From positions 107,136,001 to 107,200,000 of the forward strand of contig NC_135656.1 in NCBI RefSeq assembly GCF_964188315.1: a stretch of 64,000 nucleotides of DNA. The letters are read 5' to 3'. The notes below the pieces were generated by a model. That model was not told the origin of the DNA. It was given only the letters and a program-made list of their open reading frames with translations, and did no database searches. The DNA comes from Podarcis muralis. Lineage: Eukaryota. The position numbers were made by a program, and so were the translations under genes. Below are positions 9,788 through 21,153 of the stretch, piece by piece. How positions within the stretch are numbered: the first letter of the stretch is position 1; each line of letters opens with the position of its first letter.

Positions 9788-11239
9788 ATCCCTTTTCCTT
9801 AGGACGTCGCTATTTTCATCAGAGAAATATTGGAGGGTATGGAGTTATCCAACTTGGAGTCATCTGAAGGCAGCCCTGTATAGGGAAGTTTTTTTAAAAA
9901 ATATATTAATGTTTTATCATGTTTTTTATATATGTTGGAAGCTGCCCAGATTGGCTGCGGTGTTTGACCTATGTCTGCAAAGGTAGCAAGGCTCTGTACA
10001 GTGTGTTGCACATTGACACCTTTTTAAATAAAGTGCTAGAACTGGCCATTCTGGCGCTTTTGACATCCTTCTTTGGTTTCCCTGCATCAAACCACTCCCA
10101 CAAGCCCTAGAGTCACCACCATCATGTAGACCTGGGACCCTAGGACACGGTTACATGCATAGGATTGCACTGTCAGTCTCTGACAAGTACAATCAAAAGA
10201 TACAACTCTTAACACTGCATGGCATCAGATTAACAGTAATCTCACATCAACACGCTTATGTATTTATTTATTGTTAGCTTCCTTTTCAAAATGCAACATT
10301 TTCCCAAAGTGGCTTATGATATTTGATAAAATCACTGGAAAGCATGTACAATATTACAATTAGAAATGCAGCAATAAAGAGCAGGAGGCAAGGAATATCA
10401 AATTATTTCAAGCTCATTCCAGCACAAACACTTAAAACGGGGCTGCTGGAGATGGAAGGATCTGTCTATTTCGGTCCTCCCAGTTTCTCATTTTTCAAAT
10501 CTTAAATTCAGTTCTCCACATCTTTGCAGCAAATTTGCGATTTATTTATTTTTTGGCAAGCAGTTCCCCCAATATAACACATTTTGTATGTTGTTGTTTT
10601 TTACAAAAATATTCATTTTTTAATGCACACTTTCCCCATACAATCTGCACTTTTGTCAACTTTGGTTGGTTGGAAAAGTACGCCACAGAATTCAGGTAAC
10701 TGTGAATTTCAAAGGATGGCCTTGTTTTGGTTCTCACTTTGTTCCTCAGAACCGCCCCCCCCCCCCAATTAACTAATTTTTAAATGTCCCCCAGGGACAA
10801 AAGTGAGATGTGACCATAACTAGAAAAGTGGGACAACTCAGGAATAAGAAGAGAAGCAGGGCGGAACCAAATTAGGGCTTGGCATGTTTCTTGGACGTGG
10901 CCAGGATTTATGTTAGGGGGCAGGCTTTATGTTGAGGGTAGCAGAACCCCAGTTAGTTAAGTATTTTTATTGATTTATTTGATTGGGGGCAGCTGCCCCA
11001 CTCCCCCTTTGGCTATGCCCATAGCATGTTTGTTGCACAGGGATTGTTCCTTCTGTCTATTGGTCATATTTGTAAATGAAGGCATGACTCCGAGATATTG
11101 CGGGGTTCTGTTCCTGACCACCGCAGTAAAGCGAATATTGAAATAAAGCAAGTCGCATAATTCCCCCCACCAACGCATATAAAAGTTACGTTTACACTAT
11201 ACCGTAGTCTGTTAAGTGCGCAATAGCACTATTTTTTGG

Positions 11240-11368
11240 NNNNNNNNNNNNNNNNNNNNNNNNNNNNNNNNNNNNNNNNNNNNNNNNNNNNNNNNNNNNN
11301 NNNNNNNNNNNNNNNNNNNNNNNNNNNNNNNNNNNNNNNNNNNNNNNNNNNNNNNNNNNNNNNNNNNN
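11240..11368. other. Assembly gap (N run)
   Basis: Run of N characters. Confidence 1.
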
Positions 11369-11429
11369 CTCCAGTCCTTCATTTTGTGTGTGTGTTTTAA
11401 AAGCAATATCCGTGAAGCGCAATAAAGCG

Positions 11430-11570
11430 CTTCCAGCGTAGAGCTGGAAGGGACCATGAGGTCCAACCCCTTACAATGGAGGAATCTTCTTTCCCCCGTG
11501 GGGCTTAAAAATGCAAACCCTGAGATTAAAAGTGTCTCATGCTCCACCAACTCAGCTATGGAGGCTGCTC
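11430..11570 (-). mobile_element. tRNA-Lys-like SINE with CR1-like tail, nested in the Tigger-like element
   Basis: Minus strand ATAGCTGAGTTGGTGGAGCATGAGACACTTTTAATCTCAGGGT resembles tRNA-Lys(TTT), followed by GGGTTGGACCTCATGGTCCCTTCCAGCTCTA. Confidence 0.65.
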
Positions 11571-11595
11571 ATTAAAATGAGGTATGCCTGTAATG

Positions 11596-11731
11596 CAGGC
11601 ACCCCCAAACGTGGCCCTCGGGCTGTTTTGGGACTACAACTCCCATCATCCCTAGCTAACAGGACCAGTGGTCAGAGATGATGGGAATGGTAGTCCCAAA
11701 ACAGCTGGAGGGCCGAGTTTGTAGATGCCTG
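11596..11731. mobile_element. hAT-type MITE
   Basis: Imperfect TIRs CAGGCACCCCCAAAC / GTTTGTAGATGCCTG; 8-bp TSD CTGTAATG (11588-11595, 11732-11739). Confidence 0.85.
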
Positions 11732-11815
11732 CTGTAATGTGTTCAGAAGGAGCCTGATGCAGGGAAATCTGCAGCTGAACTTACAATATTCTGTTTTGTA
11801 AAATAAATTTTAAAA

Positions 11816-12184
11816 AAGGCAAAGGACCCCTGGACGGTTAAGTCCAGTCAAAGGTGACTATGGGGTTGTGGTGCTCGTCTCGCTTTCAGGCCAAGGGAAC
11901 CGGCGTTTGTCCACAGACAGCTTTCCGGGTCGTGTGGCCAGCAGGACTAAATCACTTCTGGTGCAATGGAACGACATGGCGGAAACCAGAGCTCATGGAA
12001 AACACCATTTACCTTCCCGCCACAGCAATACCTATTTATCTACTTGCATTGGTGTCCTTTTGAACTGCTAGGTAGGCAGGAGCTGGTACCGAGCAACGGG
12101 AGCAATGGGGATTCAAACCTCCGACCTTCTGATAGGCATGCCCAAGAGGCTCAGTGATTTAGACTGCAGTGCCACCTGCATCCC
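11816..12184 (-). mobile_element. Sauria SINE
   Basis: Sauria body and tail in reverse orientation. Confidence 0.9.
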
Positions 12185-12252
12185 TGTTTGTAGCAATAGT
12201 CCTTCTTTGCAATGGCAAACTTAAAGTTGCCATCTAGTAGTCCCTAGTAGTA

Positions 12253-12597
12253 GGGACATGGGTGGCACTGTGGGTTAAACCACAGAGCCTAGGACGTGCC
12301 GATCAGAAGGTCGGCGGTTCGAATCCCTGTGACGAAGTGAGCTCCCGTTGCTCGGTCCCAGTTCCTGCCAACCTAGCAGTTCGAAAGCACATCAAAGTGT
12401 GAGTAGATAAATAGGTACCGCTCCGGCAAGGAGGTAAACGGTGTTTCCGTGCACTGCTCTAGTTCACCAGAAGCGGCTTAGTCATGCTGGCCACATGGCC
12501 TGGAAGCTGTATGCCGGCTCCCTTGGCCAATAAAGCGAGATGAGCGCCGCAACCCCAGAGTCGGTCACGACTGGACCTAATGGTCAGGGGTCCCTTT
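12253..12597 (+). mobile_element. Sauria SINE, full length
   Basis: GGGACATGGGTGGCACTGTGG head with tRNA-like A/B boxes; ends GGTCAGGGGTCCCTTTA. Confidence 0.92.
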
Positions 12598-13309
12598 AGT
12601 AGTCATTGGCTCTGGCGCCACCTACTGTTGGGCTCCCTGCCCACCACCCTACCAGTTTCAATGGACATCAGCCAACAAACGGGCATATGTCTAGCTGGGC
12701 GGGCGGGCAGGTTAGTGGCAGCAGCAGGGGATGGGGAAGGGAGCTGTTGCCTTCTTAGAGGCATCTAGTTAGCCGTTGTGGAAAGTTAGGCTGTTTCTTT
12801 ACCAGAGGGACCTTTCATGTGGTTGCACAGAGCCCCACAAGGGATGCAGCCACAGTGTGTTTGCCCTCTCTCAAAAAGGAAAAAAAAATTGGCACAGGTT
12901 TCTCTCCTTGGATATGGGAGAGAGCCTCTAACAAGACAGGTGTTTTTAATTGAACGGATGATTGCTAGCAGAAGCTTTTGCAATGGAAAAGTCAGGCTGG
13001 CTTCTTCCCAGTGAACCCGTAGAGTGATACCAGAGTTTGCAGTGGCCCATGAAACCAAAAGCTTAATCTCAGCTATTATTCTTCGTTAACTATGTGCATG
13101 GCTTAACTCTGTGCATTTTGCAGTTCTGGGGATATTGTTTTTAAAGCCGTTTGACAAACTTCCTTTGGATCAATGGGCGGGAACAGCTTTTGTCTGTGGG
13201 GCTTTTTAGTTTAGAGAAAAGACAACAAAGGAGGGGTTGATGGGGAGAGATGGGCTTATAAATCTATTTGTGGTTGTTGGGCAGAGGAGGGGTGCAGGAC
13301 AGAGAATGC

Positions 13310-13362
13310 CTTCCTTCCTTCCTTCCTTCCTTCCTTCCTTCCTTCCTTCCTTCCCTCCCTCC
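13310..13362. repeat. (TTCC)n microsatellite
   Basis: Direct reading. Confidence 0.95.
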
Positions 13363-13519
13363 TTCAAAATCCTAGGCAGCCAACTGGCACAAAAAGATGG
13401 TGTTTCTTATGTGTAATGGTCACACCACCACCATTTAAAGCACGTTTGAAGGGCCTGGCTTCTCCCAAAGAATTATGGGAACTGTAGTTTGTCAAGTCTG
13501 TTGGGAATTGCAGTTCCTG

Positions 13520-14195
13520 AGAGGAGCCCAGACCCCACGTGATTGGAGGGATCCCCGGCCACGTCACCCCCTGGCCAGCCAATTGGCTCTATTTAATGCA
13601 GGCGTGGCCGGGGATCTCCCTCTTTCCCCACCTATCAGCTGTTCCTGTTTCCCACCCTCCTGCCCTTTAAGGTTTACGTTCCTTGACCTTGCTATGGACC
13701 TTGGTTGGTCGCCGTTGTGGGGCCTGGTAGGAATTTTTCTACTTGGCGAATTGGCACCAGCCACTTGTTTTTCGCCTACCTCGTAGCAAGTCGTCACAAC
13801 TTTCTTGGTATTGGTGGTTAGGCATTGGTATTGTTTTGTAGATGGAATAGGGGAGGAAGCGCCATCACCTGCCCCGCATATTGAAGGGTAATCCGATAAA
13901 GGATTCTGGAGGGCGTGGCCCTGCCCAAAGCCTATGGAGGTGAGGGCCTAAGGCACGCCCCCGAGCGGTGACCCCGGGGGAGTTCCTAGTTGATGTGCAT
14001 CAGCAGGACTCCCCCTACTGGTGGTTAACCCTTCCCGGACTTCAAGCGGATGGGCTGAAGCTGGATATAGCCGGTTAGGACCAATGCCTAAGCCAATACA
14101 GCTCATCACCTGTAACCAATAAAGTTGTGGCCTTATTTAGTCCATTAACCTTAATAATTGTGTCATGTGTCTTTGTTTCCACTGGGGGGGGCAGG
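13520..14195 (+). mobile_element. Isolated terminal repeat of a DIRS/Ngaro-like (tyrosine-recombinase) retroelement, or an LTR-like remnant
   Basis: CCAAT plus TATTTAA promoter-like start; 3' motif CCAATAAAGTTGTGGCC..GTCATGTGTCTTTG resembles recalled DIRS/Ngaro repeats; no TSD found. Confidence 0.5.
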
Positions 14196-14701
14196 AACTC
14201 GCCACGCAAATGGAACCTCCAGCGACGACTCAGCCTCTTGATTAGGGATGGTCAATCTGTGGACTTTGAGATGTTTTTGGGCTCTGATTCCCCTCAGCCC
14301 CAGCCAGCATAGCCCATTGTCATGGGTGACAGGAGTTGTAGTGTAACAACATCTGGCCGGCCCCAGCTCTAACCTGCATGCTAGGAACAATGAGCATCAC
14401 TCTTTGGGGATGCCCAGAACCTTCTGGCTGGCCAGATGGGTCTTGGTTGGACCCAACAGGGCAAGTCTTTATGTTCTTTTAAGGCTCGTGGTTGGATGAT
14501 TGCGGTATGAAGGAAGGAAGGGACCTCCCTGCACCTTTATAGCAGAGGGATGAGAGGGCCCTGTAGCTCTTCAGATGTTGCGGGGCAACTCCCATCATCT
14601 CTGACCATTGGTCATGCTGGCTGGGGCGGATGGCAGATAGAGGCCAGCAATGTTGGAGGGGGCTGGACTAGATGACCCTGGGGGCCTTTTCCGATTCTGT
14701 A

Positions 14702-14943
14702 CAGTGGTACCTCGGCTTAAGTACCTAATACGTTCCGGAGGTCCGTTCTTAACCTGAAACTGTTCTTAACCAGAAGCACCACTTTAGCTAATGGGGCCTC
14801 CTGCTGCCGCTGAGCCGCCGCCACACGATTTCTGTTCTCATGCTGAAGCAAAGTTCTTAACCCGAGGTACTATTTCTGGGTTAGCGGAGTCTGTAACCTG
14901 AAGGGTCTGTAACCTGAAGCGTATGGAACCCGAGGTACCACTG
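14702..14943. mobile_element. Tc1/mariner-pogo-type MITE
   Basis: TIRs CAGTGGTACCTCGG / CCGAGGTACCACTG; TA TSD. Confidence 0.92.
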
Positions 14944-15169
14944 TAATTCTATAAATATCTGCAATCCCTTTGGAGGAACCTTCTGGGGTTACCACATTCC
15001 AGGTTGTGGGCAGGGTCAAATGCAAAAGTGGGGTGTGTGATGGATGTTATTTTTGTCCTTTGTACAGTAGGCGACTTCCTTCACGGTCAAACACCCCTCT
15101 CTGTTTTCCATCAGGCAAGCAGGAAGCACGAGAAGGGTTCAAGGACTCATTCCAACCAGGCAAAAGCTA

Positions 15170-15700
15170 ACAACAACAACAACAACAACAACAAAACAAC
15201 AACAACAATAATAATTAATAATAAACTTTTATTTATATCCCGCCCTCCGCGGCCGAAGTCAGGCTCAGGGTGGCTAACATCAAATATATAACATTAGTAT
15301 AAAATCAAAGAATAATTAAATTACCTCCTAAAAACAGGTCAAAATCAAATTAAAGTCTAATTAGATGGCTTTTGGCAGGGTTAGGGTTGGGAACAGTCAG
15401 TACTCATCGGCCCAACTGTTTACGCTGATCTTATATGGGCCTGTGAGAATGCTGGGAGGTCTCTTTCATATTAGTTCTTATACAAAAAGAAAAGGGGAGT
15501 CAGGCTGAGTCCTGACCAAAGTTCCACCAGGCCGGGGCCAAGGCCAAACAGGCCCTGGCCTTGGTCGAGGCCAGCCTAATCTCTCTGAGGCCCGGGATCT
15601 CCAAGGTGTTTTTATTTGTAGACCGTAAGGTCCTCCGTGGGGCGTACCAGGAGAGGCGGTCCTGTAGGTACGAGGGTCCTAGGCCATATAGGGCTTTAAA
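15170..15700 (-). mobile_element. L2-like LINE 3' fragment with microsatellite tail
   Basis: Minus-strand 3' end GGGCGGGATATAAATAAAAG plus (GTT)n tail; upstream CTTTAAAGCCCTATATGGCCTAGGACC coding remnant. Confidence 0.75.
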
Positions 15701-15890
15701 GGAAGTGGGAGAAGGGTGTGGCTCAGGAGGGTGTGCCCTGGGGAGAGTCCCAAGGGCCAGACAGAGAAGCAGAGGGGGCCAAATCTAAGGTTCCCCATTC
15801 CTGCTTTAACAGGATCCTGAAGCACAGGAATTGAACAGGCCAGGCTTCCCCCACCGTCCCACCCCTTGTTCTCATGCCAGGAAAAGTTTC

Positions 15891-16364
15891 TCTTTTTTAA
15901 AAAAAAAATATTTATTCAAAGTTTTTTACATTTATCACCCAACACATATAATCCCATCCCCAACAATACAATAAACAAACAAAAAAGAAATATCAGAAAA
16001 AAGACATACAAAAAAAGAGAAAAAAATTATAACATCAAATCCAAATTCTTAATGTTCATACTTTCCTCACTTTTGGACTTCCTCACATCTTCCGTTCCTG
16101 CTTTCCAGGTTTATAAAATTCTAAGCAGCAAATTATCACCTTGTTTCAATTTCTTATTTGTATTTTCCCCATATTATGTCTCTAAATTTAAGTTTATTTT
16201 CCAAAAGCTTGAATACTTAATTAGGCATAATATTAACCAAAAAATTAACTTTTTCTCAAATTTCACCTATTCTCAAATTCTTATCAACTAACTTACTGAT
16301 TCCACTTTTATTTTTACTCTTGCATCATCTTAACACTCATACAATTTACAATGTTTTTGTAAAT
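15891..16364 (-). mobile_element. L1-like 3' end insertion
   Basis: A-rich tail and AATAAA on the minus strand; 16-bp TSD TGCCA(G/A)GAAAAGTTTC (15875-15890, 16365-16380). Confidence 0.7.
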
Positions 16365-16744
16365 TGCCAAGAAAAGTTTCAGCCGCTTGATTTCTCCAGA
16401 TTAAAGTAGCCTACGACAACATGGCAGAAACCTGAACATGGAGGCTGCAGGGGATGTTCTTCTGGAAAGCACTCAAATTTGGTTCTTCAGTTGTGTGTAC
16501 ATATAAGGGAGTCTCTCCTGTTTCGGAGTGCCTGCTTCAGTTTTGGAACCCGTTAAGTGTCAAGAGAGGGCAGCTAAACTACCCGTGACTAAGCTTTCCC
16601 TGGCAGGCTTCCTAAAGCAGCATGGGTTTAAGGGTTCTTCTGGCGAACAAGGAAAGTACCTACAGAAAGGAAGGAAGGAGCAGTTTCCCCAGAAGCCACT
16701 CCTTTCCATATGCTCCATAGGTTTGCGTCCAATGAAGGAGGTGT

Positions 16745-17302
16745 TTTCTCTCCCGCTTGGACTACTGCAACACGCTCTATGTGGGGCTACCTTTGAAGGT
16801 GACCCGGAAACTGCAACTAATCCAGAATGCGGCAGCTAGACTGGTGTCTGGGAATGGCCGCCAAGACCACATAACACCGGTCCTGAGAGACCTGCATTGG
16901 CTCCCAGTAGGTTTCCGAGCACAATTCAACGTGTTGGTGCTGACCTTTAAAGCCCTAAACGGCCTCGGCCCAGTATACCTGAAGGAGCCCCCATCGTTCA
17001 GCCCAGACACTGAGGTCCAGTGCTGAGGGCCTTTTGGCAGTTCCTTCACTGTGAGAAGCCAAGTTACAGGGAACCAGGCAGAGGGCCTTCTCAGTAGTGG
17101 CACCCGCCCTGTGGAACAGCCTCCCATCAGATGTCAAGGAAATAAAAAACTATCCGACTTTTAGAAGACACCTGAAGGCAGCTCTGTTCAGGGAAGCTTT
17201 TAATGTTTGAAGTTTTATTCTGTTTTCATTGTTCTGTTGAAAACCGCCCAGAGTGGTTGGGGAAACCCAGCCAGATGGGCCGGGTAGAAATAAATAATAC
17301 TA

Positions 17303-17343
<41 letters not shown>
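16745..17343 (+). mobile_element. L2-like LINE, 5'-truncated, (TAT)n tail
   Basis: Encodes LDYCNTLYVGLP..LQLIQNAAARL..LHWLPV (L2 ORF2 C-terminus), then 3' UTR and TAT repeats. Confidence 0.88.
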
Positions 17344-17345
<2 letters not shown>

Positions 17346-18097
17346 CTACAGAAGCTCCTGCCACAATAAATATGTTAGGCTGGTCTTTAGATTGTCACAG
17401 AGATCTTGGCTTTTTTTTGCGATGGCAGAATTAGTGTGGTGTTGAAGGAAAAAATCTGTATTTTCAACCATTCTCCATCAATTAATGAGATGAGAACTTG
17501 TGTTTGAAAATGATTAGAAGGGAGAGAAGAATTTGCTGAAGTCTTTATGGGCAGGAGACAGGTTCTCACTTCCTCACCCTGCGCTTACCTTCCTTCTGAG
17601 ATGACCAAGGGGTGTTTGCCAATGTTCTTTCTCCTATTCTGCAAATCATCTCATCACCGTTCTGTGTTCGGCAGCCTTCCTAGGTGTTTGTGTTTTAGTT
17701 GAAAGGCCAGGGTGGAGGGGCTTTTTTCGATTAGGAAGTGCAGGCAGCCAGGGTGGCTGCAAGTGCTGGAGAAACAGAAGGGAAAAAACACACACCACCC
17801 TCAGCCACCCACCTCCCAACAACAGGGTACCCTGAAAATCCTGCACCCACCAAAATGTGAATGGAATTTGCATGTGCCGTGAGAATCAGTTAGAACCTCT
17901 TTCACAGAGGAATAAAACTTCAGAGGAAATTGGAGGACAGATTGCAGCACATTAACATTGTAGAATATAGTGGGCATACTTTGGGCAAATATCTCCAGAG
18001 ATCCCCCCCCCCCCCCAGTGTAAGGTGAGGCTGTGGCAAGGGGGTTCCATTTCATCCTTCCTCTTCTCCCTTGCATTCTAGCCCGTCCGCATGGGAC

Positions 18098-19243
18098 TTA
18101 ATTTTTTCCCCTGGGGAGGACAAGGTCTTTCGTCAAATCTGTCTGCTCCTCCTCTGATGCAGCTGGCTTGTAGCCAAAGACTTCCATGGCTTCCTTGCAG
18201 ATGCTTTGAACGTCTTGCACCTCCTGGAAGCTGAGGTGCTTCCTCCAAGCTTGGGAAGCTACCTTGGCATTTTTCTGTATCTCCAAGGGGTCCACGCTGG
18301 AGATGCCAGGCTTCTGGTCACTGTTGGCGGTGGGCCAGTGAGTTATGTTATAGACCCAGGACTCGAGCCTATGGGAGGAAGTCAGGCCGGTGAACTGGTA
18401 CCACTTGGCCAGGTGCTCCAGAGGGTCCCTCACCAGGTCTTCATACCGTGTCAGGAGGTATCGCCCCCTCAAGGCCGGAGGCATGCGGTGCAAGGCCGTG
18501 AGGTACATTTCGGCCTGGGCGCGGCAGACCCTGTGCATGACTCCGAGGGTGCTGGGAGTGCCGTTGACGCCGTTGCCGATGACCAGGTCATCGGGGTGAA
18601 GAGACACGGCCTGGCGGGATGCGTACACGGCGCGAGGGTCCCTGACCAAGTGGATCACCCAGAGGCGGAGGGAGGGATCTGTCAGGAGCGGGTAAAGCGC
18701 TTCCATCTGGAAGAAGCGGACGGCTTTCACCACCACGTGGCTGTAGGTGGCACAGGCCTCAGAAATCTTCTCAAAGGGCGTTTGGCCACAGCGGGACTCG
18801 CACTCCTTCACCCCGATGATGTCAGAGCGTCGGAAGGCCTCGCAGGCTGGAGGGGAGCAGAGCGCCCTGCTCATGGGCCACATGAAGAGCTGGTAGACCA
18901 TGCTGGGCTCCTCAATGTAGGCAAGGAGGGCCCCCATGTCGCAGAGGAAGACGGAGCGCAGCAAGTCCCTCAGGGGCCCCTGGAGGAGTTCGGGGCTGCC
19001 CCAGGGCAGGCGATGCCACACGTGCTTGGCTGGCTCCATCATGTAGAAGACCGAGGGGTTCTGGCTGAAGAGCTGCCCTGCAAAGGTCGAGCCGGAGCGC
19101 CAGCTGGAAAGGATCAGCACATGGGTCTGGGTGGGAGCCGAGACTCCTTCCTGGGGCTTGAGCCTTCTCCAGGATGAGAACAAGAGCAGCAGCAGCAGCG
19201 CCAAGACAATGAGGAACTGGGCGGTGTTGATTCTGATGAGCAT
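18098..19243 (-). CDS. CHST6-like: Carbohydrate (GlcNAc-6-O) sulfotransferase, CHST4/5/6-like, 381 aa
   Basis: N-terminal signal anchor; 5'-PSB SSWRSGSTF; YMMEP..HVW; SRALCSPPAC; 3'-PB HLVRDPRAV; RYEDL; C-terminal DLVLPRG. Acceptor CCTCTCACCTCCAG at 19268/19267 favours the ATG at 19243 over the ORF-track start at 19288. Confidence 0.92.
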   Translation of the reverse strand: MLIRINTAQFLIVLALLLLLLFSSWRRLKPQEGVSAPTQTHVLILSSWRSGSTFAGQLFSQNPSVFYMMEPAKHVWHRLPWGSPELLQGPLRDLLRSVFLCDMGALLAYIEEPSMVYQLFMWPMSRALCSPPACEAFRRSDIIGVKECESRCGQTPFEKISEACATYSHVVVKAVRFFQMEALYPLLTDPSLRLWVIHLVRDPRAVYASRQAVSLHPDDLVIGNGVNGTPSTLGVMHRVCRAQAEMYLTALHRMPPALRGRYLLTRYEDLVRDPLEHLAKWYQFTGLTSSHRLESWVYNITHWPTANSDQKPGISSVDPLEIQKNAKVASQAWRKHLSFQEVQDVQSICKEAMEVFGYKPAASEEEQTDLTKDLVLPRGKN

Positions 19244-19494
19244 TTTTGCTGGTGGAAGAGAGGGACCTGGAGGTGAGAGGCGGAACAAGAGTTAGAGACA
19301 TATGAAAGGAGGGGGGGGGGGCTTGCAACAAAATGTTGCAGTGTGGAGTGCTTTGCATTTGGGGGATCTAGGCAATCGATTTCACTCACCCCGCCCCAAT
19401 TTTCCTCTTTGCCCTCCTCTGTCAGCCAACCAGCATTCCATGCACACTGAGCATGCTCAGTTTCCATTGGACTGTTTTGGGGTTCACCTTCTGT

Positions 19495-19862
19495 TTAGGT
19501 CAACAAAAGAGGTTTAAAGACTGTCTCAAGGCATATCTAAAAAAATGTAGTATATACACTGACAACTGGGAAACACTGGCCTGTGAGCGGTCCAATTGGA
19601 GAACAACCTTTACCAAAGGTGTCATGGGCTTTGAAGACACTCAAACTCAGGATGAAAGGGAGAAACGTGCTAGGAGGAAGGCACGCTTGGCAAACCCTCA
19701 CCATGATCAACTCCTGCCAGGAAACCAATGTCCCCACTGTGGAAGGTCGTGTGGATCCAGAATTGGCCTCCGCAGTCACTTTTGGAGTCATTGTTAAAAC
19801 CGTGTTTATGGACGACAATCTTACTTGGCTACTAGTGATCGCCGAAGCAGCAGCAGCAGCAG
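19495..19862 (+). mobile_element. RTE-clade LINE 3' end with (GCA)n tail
   Basis: GQQKRFKDCLKA..CPHCGRSCGSRIGLRSH; same family as 60836-61885. Confidence 0.85.
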
Positions 19863-19933
19863 AAAGTGGTTTCTCTCTTCATTTTGAGCTAGGAGGGTTT
19901 ACTAATCAACACATTTATGCCCAGTGACAGATA

Positions 19934-20129
19934 CAGTGGGACAGGTTACAGACTCTGCTAACCCAGAAATAGTACCTCGGGTTAAGAACTTTGCTTCAGG
20001 ATGAGAACAGAAATCGTGTGGCGGCAGTGGGAGGCCCCATTAGCTAAAGTGGTACCTCAGGTTAAGAACAGTTTCAGGTTAAAAACAGACCTCCAGAACG
20101 AATTAAGTTCTTAACCCGAGGTACCACTG
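19934..20129. mobile_element. Tc1/mariner-pogo-type MITE, left-deleted
   Basis: Right TIR CCGAGGTACCACTG plus TA; body as at 14702. Confidence 0.85.
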
Positions 20130-20820
20130 TACATTGAAATGATTTATGTGGCCACATCTCACTTTTGTCCCTAGGGGACATTTAAAAATAACATTATCAG
20201 TGCAGACCAGAATAGGACAATGAGATGGTTTTCTCTCTACCCTTTGGATATCTACATGTCTCTTCCTGTGTTCCCTCCTTCCAACAGTGTCAGCAGTAAA
20301 CCACTCTGACCATGTTGGAGTTTACTCTTTATTATCAAAAACAGGATCTACATGATCTCGTCTCTCTCCTACTTAGACTTTTGAGTCCCCCCACCACCAC
20401 CTAAAATAGTGCAGCAATGACTAAAGGTCTGTCCCTACTTTTCCTGGGATAGATAAGGGAGCCAGTTTTACCTTCTGTTGCAGCTGCTTCTACCTCTCTC
20501 AGATGGCTTTCGTTCCTGTTTGAAGAATGAAGCTCCCCTTGAAGAGGACTATTGCTTCCTTCTCTCCCTCTCTGTGTGCTCAAAGGGTGTGCTCAGCCCT
20601 GAAGGAAAATGATAATCTGGGGCCATGCAGGAAAAACAAACAAGGATGCTCCGGGCATCTTCAAAACAATGTCTGGAACAGCTACAAAAACAAAAAAAAC
20701 CCTATCAGTGTCACCCATAAAAGGAAGCATCTTGGTTTCTAATATCTACAGGGCCATGGGTTATAGGAACAATTCAATATTGGTCTTTCCTGCCCATCCT
20801 CTACATGCTCTCAGTCTAAG

Positions 20821-21153
20821 GTAAAGGTAAAGGGACCCCTGACCATTAGGTCCAGTCGTGACTGACTCTGGGGTTGCGATACTCATCTCGCTTTATTGGC
20901 CAAGGGAGCTGGTGGCCAGCATGACTAAGCTGCTTCTGGCGAACCAAGCAGTGCACGGAAACGCCGTTTACCTTCCCGCCAGAGCGGTACCTATTTATCT
21001 ACTTGCACTTTGACGTGCTTTCGAACTGCTAGGTTGGCAGGAGCAGGGACTGAGCAACGGGAGCTCACCCCGTCCCGGGGATTCGAACTGCCAACCTTCT
21101 GATCGGCAAGTCCTAGGCTCTGTGGTTTAACCCACAGCGCCACCCGCGTCCCC
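20821..21153 (-). mobile_element. Sauria SINE
   Basis: Head-to-tail copy with a small internal deletion; TSD CTCAGTCTAAGGTA (20810-20823, 21154-21167). Confidence 0.93.

Larger units (their letters stand above)
11079..11590 (+). mobile_element. Tigger/pogo-like DNA transposon remnant spanning an assembly gap
   Basis: Left end AGGCATGACTCCGAGATATTGCGGG..CACCGCAGTAAAGCGAATATT, right end AAATGAGGTATGCCTG plus TA; resembles recalled Tigger1 termini. Confidence 0.7.

Noticed and set aside
11240-11368. ORFs running through the N gap
   Set aside because: Artefact of the assembly gap.
15866-16291. 141-aa hydrophobic, Lys-rich ORF
   Set aside because: Antisense reading of an AT-rich L1 3' end.
18206-19177. 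323-aa plus-strand ORF overlapping the CHST gene
   Set aside because: Exact antisense shadow of a GC-rich CDS; no recognisable domain or independent signals.
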